Below, in pieces: positions 57,030 through 64,000 of a DNA stretch of 64,000 bases. Source of the stretch: Candidatus Saccharicenans sp. (lineage in GTDB: Bacteria > Acidobacteriota > Aminicenantia > Aminicenantales > Saccharicenantaceae); the NCBI GenBank assembly GCA_049719515.1, contig JBNARJ010000012.1:2823-66822 (forward strand), written 5' to 3'. The first letter of the stretch is position 1. Every line of letters begins with the position of its first letter. Both the position numbers and the translations under genes were made by a program. A model generated the notes under the pieces. The model did not search any database. It had not been told where the DNA came from and saw nothing but the letters and a program-made list of their open reading frames with translations.

Positions 57030-57722
57030 CTAATCAGCTTCAAACTTGTAGCCCACCCCCCGCACGCTCTGGATGGAGACGGCCAGCGGCCCGAGTTTTT
57101 CCCTCAGGTGCCGCACATGAACATCGACCGTGCGAGGGATGACCACTTTGTCCTGCCCCCAGAGGTGGTCGAGTATCTGGCTTCGCTCAAACACCCGGCC
57201 CGGTCTGGAAGTCAGGAGTTCCAGGATTTTAAATTCGGTCTTCGACAGGTCGAGGCGCTGGCCATCGACCAGGACCTCGTATTTTTCGGGTTCGATGACC
57301 AGACGGCCTTTGAAAAAAACCTTTCGCCCGCCGGAGCCGGCGGCCGAAGCTTCCTGTCTTCTGAGGACCGCCTTGACCCGGGCTTCGAGCTCCCTCAGGG
57401 AAAACGGCTTGGTGATGTAATCGTCAGCTCCCAGCTCGAGGCCGGTCACGCGGTCGGCTTCCTGCGAGCGGGCGGTCAGCATGATGACCGGAATGGAAGC
57501 CTTTTCCGGTTTTTTCTTCAGATAACGACAGATTTCCAGGCCGTCAGAACCGGGTAACATCAGGTCAAGCAGGATGAGGTCGGGTTGATGCCGGTCAAGG
57601 TATCTAAGGAAAGCTTCCGGTGAAGAAAAAGGTTTGACCATAAAACCCGCTTTGGTCAGATAATTCTGGACGAGCTTCAGGATATCTTCCTCGTCATCCA
57701 GAATGGCAATCGTCCTGGTCAT
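57030..57722 (-). CDS. phoB: PhoB/OmpR-family response regulator
   Basis: DDE, LLDLMLPG, MLTAR, GADDYITKPF, recognition helix RTVDVHVRHLREKL; follows the pst operon. Confidence 0.85.
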   Translation of the reverse strand: MTRTIAILDDEEDILKLVQNYLTKAGFMVKPFSSPEAFLRYLDRHQPDLILLDLMLPGSDGLEICRYLKKKPEKASIPVIMLTARSQEADRVTGLELGADDYITKPFSLRELEARVKAVLRRQEASAAGSGGRKVFFKGRLVIEPEKYEVLVDGQRLDLSKTEFKILELLTSRPGRVFERSQILDHLWGQDKVVIPRTVDVHVRHLREKLGPLAVSIQSVRGVGYKFEAD

Positions 57723-57826
57723 TATTCTTCCCCTCTAATTTTAAAACAAATTTAAATTATTTTGTCCAGAAAAAGACGGCCTTTGCCATTTGACGGCTGC
57801 CCGGGCTGAATTCACCTTCCATCATG

Positions 57827-58609
57827 TCAACCGAAGCGGCCGGTTATGTAATCTTCGGTGAGCTTGCTGGCCGGGTTGGTAAAAATTTTCTCGGTTCGGT
57901 CATATTCGATGAGTTCCCCCAGCCAGAGAAAAGCGGTAAAATCAGACACGCGGGCGGCCTGCTGCATGTTGTGGGTGACAATGACCACGGTGTAATCCTT
58001 TTTAAGCTCGTGAATCAACTCTTCGATGCGGGCGGTGGCGATGGGATCAATGGCCGAGCAAGGCTCATCGAACAAAATGACTTCTGGTTCAACGGCCAGC
58101 GCGCGGGCGATGCACAGTCTCTGCTGCTGACCGCCTGACAGTTTCATGGCATTTTGATGAAGGCGGTCTTTTACCTCTTCCCAGAGGGCCGCTTGCCGCA
58201 GGCTTTTTTCCACGATAAATTCTATTTGCTCCCCTTTCAAGCGTCGGCCGATTCTCAGACCGTAGGCAATGTTCTCGAAAATTGACCTGGGGAAGGGGTT
58301 GGGTTTTTGGAAGACCATGCCCACTTTCTTGCGCAGGGCCACAACGTCCACATCCGGGTCATAAATATTTTCCCCATCAAGAAGCACCCGGCCCTCTACT
58401 CTTGCTTCTGGAATCAGGTCGTTCATTCGGTTTAACACTCGGACCAGGCTGGATTTGCCGCAACCGGATGGCCCGATAATGGCGGTCACCCGCTTTTCAG
58501 GAATCTCCAGGGAGATATCTTTCAGCACTTGCTTCTTACCGTAATACAGGTTCAGATTTTCAATCTGGATTTTGGTCTCAGCCGGTGACAGGCGAATAAC
58601 TTGGTTCAT
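57827..58609 (-). CDS. pstB: Phosphate ABC ATPase (operon 2)
   Basis: [47 protein letters not shown]. Confidence 0.96.
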   Translation of the reverse strand: MNQVIRLSPAETKIQIENLNLYYGKKQVLKDISLEIPEKRVTAIIGPSGCGKSSLVRVLNRMNDLIPEARVEGRVLLDGENIYDPDVDVVALRKKVGMVFQKPNPFPRSIFENIAYGLRIGRRLKGEQIEFIVEKSLRQAALWEEVKDRLHQNAMKLSGGQQQRLCIARALAVEPEVILFDEPCSAIDPIATARIEELIHELKKDYTVVIVTHNMQQAARVSDFTAFLWLGELIEYDRTEKIFTNPASKLTEDYITGRFG

Positions 58610-58610
58610 C

Positions 58611-59495
58611 TCAGTGTCTCCATTTATTTCTCAACCGAGCTCGAATGAGGATGGCTCCCAGGTTGAACAGGATGATGAAAGCGATGAGCACCACGGCCGT
58701 GCCGTAAGCAATGGCCCGGGCTTTATCTATCGCGTGGTGCTGGGTGGCCATGATGTATAAATGATAGGGCAGAGCCATAAACTGGTCTTTTAGTGAGCGC
58801 GGCAGGTAGGGAAGATAAAACGCCGCACCGGTAAACATGATGGGAGCTGTTTCTCCGGCCGCTCTGGCCAGTCCCAAAACTGCTCCGGTTATCATGCCCG
58901 GTACTGCGTAGGGAAGCACGTTAGTCCTGACCATCTGCCATTTGGTGGCCCCCAGGGCGAGCGCGCCCTCGCGGTATGAGTCCGGAACCGATTTCAGGGC
59001 TTCTTCGCTGGCCGTAATGGTCCAGGGCAGGGTGAGAAGTCCGAGGGTTAGCCCGGCAGAAAGAACCGATGTGCCGAATTTCATGATGTTGACGAATAAA
59101 ATTACTCCGAACAAACCGTAAACTATGGATGGCACACCGGCCAGATTCCTGATTGATAACCTGATAAGGCGGGTGAGGCGGCCAGCCCGTGCGTATTCAT
59201 TAAGATAAATGGCTGCCGCCATGCCCAAAGGCACGGCCACAAGTGCGGTAATCATCGTCACCAGAAAAGTGCCGACGATGGCGGGGAATATTCCGCCCTG
59301 AGTCATTCCTTTCCGGGGAGCCTCGGTCAGAAAGGCCCAGGAAAGTGAACCATAGCCCTTGCTCCCGATATCATACAGAAAGTACAAAAGGATAAAAAGA
59401 ACAGCATAGACCGACACCCGCAGGAAGAAAAACCCGAACCATTCGGCCAGGGTTGATTTTGTAACGCCTTTTTTCTTCTTAATCGAACGGTTCAC
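58611..59495 (-). CDS. pstA: Phosphate ABC permease PstA (operon 2)
   Basis: [32 protein letters not shown]. Confidence 0.94.
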   Translation of the reverse strand: MNRSIKKKKGVTKSTLAEWFGFFFLRVSVYAVLFILLYFLYDIGSKGYGSLSWAFLTEAPRKGMTQGGIFPAIVGTFLVTMITALVAVPLGMAAAIYLNEYARAGRLTRLIRLSIRNLAGVPSIVYGLFGVILFVNIMKFGTSVLSAGLTLGLLTLPWTITASEEALKSVPDSYREGALALGATKWQMVRTNVLPYAVPGMITGAVLGLARAAGETAPIMFTGAAFYLPYLPRSLKDQFMALPYHLYIMATQHHAIDKARAIAYGTAVVLIAFIILFNLGAILIRARLRNKWRH

Positions 59496-60397
59496 AGGAG
59501 TTTCCTTTTCTGTTTTTCCATGATTAAATCAGCGCTCAGGTTGACCGCAAAAGTCAGCAGAAAAAGCGCCAGGCCAAGAGCAAACAAAGCATAATAGTGG
59601 GGAGTAAAGTACGGCACTTCGCCCAGTTCGATGGCGATGTTGGCAGTAAGTGTTCTTACTGATTGCAGAAGCCCGTGGGGAAAAGAGCGAGCATTACCCG
59701 TCGCCATGAGGACCGTCATGGTTTCGCCTATGGCCCGGCCCATACCCAGCATGAAAGCGGCCACGATTCCCGACATGGCGGCCGGAATTTTCACCCGAAC
59801 AAGGGTCTGCCAGCGATTGGCTCCCACGGCCAGAGAAGCTTCGGTGTAGCTCTGGGGCACTGCCCGCAGAGCGTCTTCTGAGATGCTGATGATGGTTGGT
59901 AGGGCCATGATGGCCAGGAGGATACTTCCGTTGAGAGCGGTCAGGCCATGGCTCATCTTGAAGATTCTGGCTATCAGCGGGCCAGTTAAGGTAATTCCAA
60001 TAAACCCGATGACCACCGAAGGAATGGCCGCCAGAAGTTCGACCACTGGCTTAAAAATTTCTCTGATTTTCGGGCTGGCCACACCCGAAAGATAAGCCGC
60101 CACCGCCACTCCGAGGGGAAAGGCCAGCACCAGAGCCCCCGCGGTTACCAGAAGTGAAGAAGCCAGCAGAGAAAGAATTCCATAAGCCGGCTTCTCGGGC
60201 GAGGTGGGGTCCCAGCGGGTGGAAGTAAAAAATTCTTTCAGGTTGATTTCTCTGAAGGCCGGGACCGCCGTGTAAAGAAGAAGGACAAAGATACCGAGCA
60301 GGGCAAGAACGGTCAGCAGACCGCTGACCTGGAAAAGATGTTTGATAAGTTTTTCTTTTAAATCCCCGCCGAAGCCCTTCTTCTTTACCGAGGTCAT
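59492..60397 (-). CDS. pstC: Phosphate ABC permease PstC (operon 2)
   Basis: ELLAAIPSVV, GRAIGETM.VLM..GN, TLTANIA.ELGE. Confidence 0.94.
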   Translation of the reverse strand: MTSVKKKGFGGDLKEKLIKHLFQVSGLLTVLALLGIFVLLLYTAVPAFREINLKEFFTSTRWDPTSPEKPAYGILSLLASSLLVTAGALVLAFPLGVAVAAYLSGVASPKIREIFKPVVELLAAIPSVVIGFIGITLTGPLIARIFKMSHGLTALNGSILLAIMALPTIISISEDALRAVPQSYTEASLAVGANRWQTLVRVKIPAAMSGIVAAFMLGMGRAIGETMTVLMATGNARSFPHGLLQSVRTLTANIAIELGEVPYFTPHYYALFALGLALFLLTFAVNLSADLIMEKQKRKLL

Positions 60398-60416
60398 ATT
60401 GGTTTTCCTTTTTGCT

Positions 60417-61343
60417 TTATTTCAGGTTTTTAAGATTTTGTTCCATAAGTTCCTGACCAATCTTGAAGAAGCCTTCTTTTTCTACAATGGCCTGGCCTTC
60501 CGGGCTGAGGATGAATTTAATGAATTCAGCGGCCAGACCGGAGGGCTGGCCGTTGGTAGATTGATAAAGTGGCCTGGATACCGGATATTTAGCTGAGTAA
60601 ACAGCTTCTTTGTCGAGAGGTGAGTAAGCCGAGGACTGGTCATCCTTTTTGATTTTCAGGACTTTAATCCCCCGGCGCAGTTTTCCGTTTTCGTCATAAA
60701 GGTAGCCGACCCCGACATAGCCCACACCGCTGGCATCCTGAGTAACCGCTTCGATAATCTGAGCGTTGCCGTTCATCTCTTTAACCTCCGGCGAGTAATT
60801 CTTGTTGTTCAGAACATGTTCCTGCATGAAAGCGTATGTGCCGGAGTTGGATTGACGCCCGTAAAGAGAGATTTTCTGGTCCGGTCCACCGAGCACTTTC
60901 CAGTTCTTGATCTCGCCGCGGAAGATGGAGCCCACCTGAGCCATGGTCAGGGTATCCAGGGGGTTCTTTTCGTTGACGATTATACTGAGGGCATCGACCG
61001 CCATGGCAAAAATCTTGGGCCGGACTCCCTTTTCGTAGGCCAGGTCCAGCTCCTTTTGTTTCCATTCCCGAGAATGGTTGGCGATGTCACAGGTGCCGTT
61101 GATTAGGGCGGTGATACCGGTGCCCGAACCTCCGCCAAGCACGGCGATGGCCGCTCCGGGATTCTTGGCCATGTATTCTTCGGCCAGGATTTGAACCAGG
61201 TTAACCATCGTGTCTGAGCCTTTAACCTGAATCATCTTTTTCTGGGCGAGGCTCGGGCTCAGCAGAGTGAACACGGCCAGGGCCAGGGCCCACACCAGCC
61301 TGAACGGCCCGGAGATTTTGTTTGATTTTTTTTGGCTAATCAT
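60417..61343 (-). CDS. pstS: Phosphate-binding protein PstS (operon 2, canonical site)
   Basis: KGSDTM, GGGSGTG, SRE, RQSNSGTY, YPVSRPLY. Confidence 0.95.
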   Translation of the reverse strand: MISQKKSNKISGPFRLVWALALAVFTLLSPSLAQKKMIQVKGSDTMVNLVQILAEEYMAKNPGAAIAVLGGGSGTGITALINGTCDIANHSREWKQKELDLAYEKGVRPKIFAMAVDALSIIVNEKNPLDTLTMAQVGSIFRGEIKNWKVLGGPDQKISLYGRQSNSGTYAFMQEHVLNNKNYSPEVKEMNGNAQIIEAVTQDASGVGYVGVGYLYDENGKLRRGIKVLKIKKDDQSSAYSPLDKEAVYSAKYPVSRPLYQSTNGQPSGLAAEFIKFILSPEGQAIVEKEGFFKIGQELMEQNLKNLK

Positions 61344-61373
61344 TTTGCCTCCTTATTTTTTGAATTAATTTTT

Positions 61374-62447
61374 TTAAAAGCTCATGAAGAAGGTCAGGTT
61401 GAACACAACATCACTTTTCTTGAGCGGGTCCTGGTAGTCATACACCCAGATGTTTGGCTGAAGTTTTAAACTGCTGTGAAGAGGAGCCCAGTCCAGCCCG
61501 GCGATCACCAGATTAATTTGATCGTTTGACATCAGATTGTTGGGTTCGAAATGGTCAAAGCGGGCGAACAGGTTAAGTTTTTCTGGGATCAGATTGTAGC
61601 GCCCGAAAATTGACAGGCCGGCGCGGTCATACCTCTGACCATCTTGCAGATTTTTATCATTCCGGTAAACAAACCATTCCGTGCCCAGGGTGAGGTTGGG
61701 GATGAATTCCAGGTAGAGGTCGCTTTTGTAAGTAAAAGCTTTCGCCCCGGGTTCTTGTTTTTCGTAATCTATGTAGCCAACCACAGACAGGCCGGCTACC
61801 GGAATAACCTGCAGGTAGGCCATTAATTTTTTGTGCTTATCCCCTTCAGGATGGCTGTAGCCGGCGCCGTTAGTTAGCATCAGCCCATACCGAACAGGAC
61901 GGGCTATCTTACCGGTCAGGCTCACCCCCAGGTCTGCACTGGAAGCGTCAACCTCTTTTCCTGTCACATCCTTGAAAATGTCCATAATCGTTTTGGCCAC
62001 GCTGCGGTAACCCCAGCGGTCTTCAGCCAGCTTGAAGGTGATGGTGTCGGCCAAACCAACTTTCAGGTCAGTGCCCGGCCAGATTTCTGAAATTTGAAAA
62101 TACAGGTGCTTGAGAAAGGGACGAAACTTGTCATCTTTTTTGCCCTGAGCATCGACTGCTTTCACATAGTCACCGTCGAAAGTCAGGCGGAAACTCAATT
62201 TGTCGTTGATCTTATTGTCGTAACGGAAGTAAGCCCGGCGGAAGGTGAAAAAATTGTTCTTAAAATTTGGGTCACCCTGCGGATTGGTGAGCGGCCCCTG
62301 GTTGGAAAGGTAAAAAGTGTAATCCAGGTAGATGGCGGTCGAGAATTTCTGCTGAGCCTGTCCTGCTGCTGTCAGAAAGAAGAAAATCATCAAGAAGAAA
62401 GCTGCACAGACGGACCAGGATATTCTGGCTTTTTTCCTTAAATTCAT
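61374..62447 (-). CDS. Putative outer-membrane porin heading pst operon 2
   Basis: Signal peptide; beta-strand pattern (FRRAYFRY, LKHLYF, FARFDHF); C-terminal aromatic FFMSF. Confidence 0.75.
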   Translation of the reverse strand: MNLRKKARISWSVCAAFFLMIFFFLTAAGQAQQKFSTAIYLDYTFYLSNQGPLTNPQGDPNFKNNFFTFRRAYFRYDNKINDKLSFRLTFDGDYVKAVDAQGKKDDKFRPFLKHLYFQISEIWPGTDLKVGLADTITFKLAEDRWGYRSVAKTIMDIFKDVTGKEVDASSADLGVSLTGKIARPVRYGLMLTNGAGYSHPEGDKHKKLMAYLQVIPVAGLSVVGYIDYEKQEPGAKAFTYKSDLYLEFIPNLTLGTEWFVYRNDKNLQDGQRYDRAGLSIFGRYNLIPEKLNLFARFDHFEPNNLMSNDQINLVIAGLDWAPLHSSLKLQPNIWVYDYQDPLKKSDVVFNLTFFMSF

Positions 62448-62534
62448 TTTTCCTCCTTAATTTTTTTACCCTGGAAATTTTCAGGCGCCCGTTTATCCCA
62501 GAGTTTATTCAGGCTCAAAATATAGATAAGCCGA

Positions 62535-62572
62535 GTGAAGAACCGGTGAAAGAAAAGTTAAGATTTGGTTAA
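62535..62572 (-). promoter_or_regulatory. Pho-box-like direct repeats
   Basis: Minus strand TTAAC-N6-TTAAC-N6-TTCAC-N6-TTCAC: four units with an exact 11-bp period, upstream of the porin-pstSCAB-phoB operon. Confidence 0.75.
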
Positions 62573-62954
62573 ATTTCCTGGCATCCGGCTTGTTTTTACA
62601 CCGGAAACTGAGTTGGACATATTTCATAAAATATTATGGTGCTATAATTGAGCCAGGCTCGAGCACTGGCAGACAGAAGGTTTTACCCCAGAGCTTTAAT
62701 GTAGGTTTAACTGAGATTTCTTAAGGCCGGCCAGATTACCCTTTTATTCAAAGTGGCGATTGGCCAGGAAAGCCCGGCCAGAAAGCCCTTAACATTTAAA
62801 TAAGCCGGGACATATTTCTATAAACTTTTTCCGCAGAAAAATATGAATTTTAACTTCTTGAGCGATTGGCCTGCCTGTTAAGGCGAGGGCCTGTTCCATT
62901 TAAAAGGCGGTTTTTATCTGGTATAATAAAAACTAAACGAAGGGATAAACTTCA

Positions 62955-64000
62955 ATGTGTGGAGTTATTGGTATCTGGTCTAACCGGGAAGTTTTCCATG
63001 ACCTTTATCAGGGGTTGCTGTCCATCCAGCACCGCGGACAGGATGCGGCGGGCATTATCACTTACGACGGCCGGTTTCATGAGAAGAAAGGCAGCGGACT
63101 GGTGATGGATATTTTTGGGCCGCAGGAAGCAGCCCAGCTCAAAGGTCAGATTGGCATTGGCCACACCCGCTACCCGACTGTTGGCGGGGGAGGCCACGAA
63201 GATGCTCAGCCCTTTATGGTCAACACGCCTTTTGGTATTGTGCTCGCCCATAACGGTAACGTGGTTAATTACCGGCAGCTGAAAAAAGAGCTGTTTGAGA
63301 AAAACCAGCGGCTGTTAAATTCAGATTGCGACGCGGAAGTCATACTGAACGTTTTTGCCCAGGAATTAGAAGACCTCAGAGTAAAAAACCTGACCGCGGA
63401 AAATGTGTTCAAAGCGGTGGCCGGTGTTTACCGGCGGGTCAGGGGCAGCTATGCGACCGTAGCTTATATAGCCGAGCAGGGTATGGTCGCTTTCCGCGAC
63501 CCATATGGAATAAAACCGCTGAGTTTTGGCCGTCGGCGAGATGGTCTGCTTCCGTCGTATGCTTTTGCTTCCGAAACGGTCAGCCTCAACCTGATGGGTT
63601 TTGATGAAATTGAGCACCTCGAGGCCGGGGAAGCGATTTTCATCGACCGCAACCGTCAGCTGCACCGCAAGAAAATCATCAAGAGAAAACACACTCCCTG
63701 TCTTTTTGAGTGGGTTTATTTTGCCCGGCCTGATTCAGTCATCGATGGAGTGAATGTTTACAAGAGCCGGGTCAACCTGGGTCGTTTGCTGGCCGGAGAA
63801 ATAAAGAAAAAGAACCTGGAAATTGACGTGGTGGTGCCGGTTCCCGATTCAGCCAGGGATGCGGCCATCGAGATTGCCCGCCGGCTGAAATTAAAATACA
63901 GCGAAGCGCTGGTCAAGAATCGTTACATCGGACGAACATTTATCATGCCGGCTGAAGCCAAGAGGCAGAGTTCGGTCCGGCAAAAACTCAACCCCATCTG
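62955..64000 (+). CDS. purF: Amidophosphoribosyltransferase (runs off the window end)
   Basis: MCGVIG, LQHRGQD-like IQHRGQDAAG, GHTRYPT, AHNGN, RDPYGIKPL, CLFEWVYFARPDS, NRYIGRTFI. Missing from the ORF track because there is no stop in the window. Confidence 0.97.
   Translation, partial: MCGVIGIWSNREVFHDLYQGLLSIQHRGQDAAGIITYDGRFHEKKGSGLVMDIFGPQEAAQLKGQIGIGHTRYPTVGGGGHEDAQPFMVNTPFGIVLAHNGNVVNYRQLKKELFEKNQRLLNSDCDAEVILNVFAQELEDLRVKNLTAENVFKAVAGVYRRVRGSYATVAYIAEQGMVAFRDPYGIKPLSFGRRRDGLLPSYAFASETVSLNLMGFDEIEHLEAGEAIFIDRNRQLHRKKIIKRKHTPCLFEWVYFARPDSVIDGVNVYKSRVNLGRLLAGEIKKKNLEIDVVVPVPDSARDAAIEIARRLKLKYSEALVKNRYIGRTFIMPAEAKRQSSVRQKLNPI

Overview
This is a 64-kb, gene-dense chromosomal window from an anaerobic diderm bacterium, most likely spanning the replication origin (dnaA-dnaN with divergent rpmB). 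DnaA signature residues and gene content suggest Acidobacteriota/Aminicenantes, but this is inference and was not searched. Main content: the 3' end of polA; a 12-gene group-4 [NiFe]-hydrogenase operon whose 11 structural subunits mirror the complex I core (3 antiporter-like subunits plus J, K, A, B, C, D, H, I homologues) with a maturation protease; rel and waaF; a signal-peptide-bearing MEMO1-AMMECR1 fusion; lolB-like-ispE-tRNA-Gln-prs-rplY-pth-rpsF-rpsR-rplI-dnaB; mlaEFD-radA-PIN/TRAM-ispF; a large NAD-glutamate dehydrogenase; usp-dprA-topA-xerC; comEA, rdgB, mgtC, eno; an NSS transporter with a small subunit; and the 5' part of purF. There are two separate porin-pstSCAB-type operons. One carries Pho-box repeats and a PhoB-like regulator. 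The other is led by a 3-Cys Rrf2 (IscR-like) regulator with an IscR type-1-like operator, and its binding protein lacks the usual phosphate-binding Ser/Thr motifs, making it the most promising candidate for an undescribed system. No CRISPR array, IS element or prophage was seen. All calls rest on motif recognition by eye; no database searches were run.
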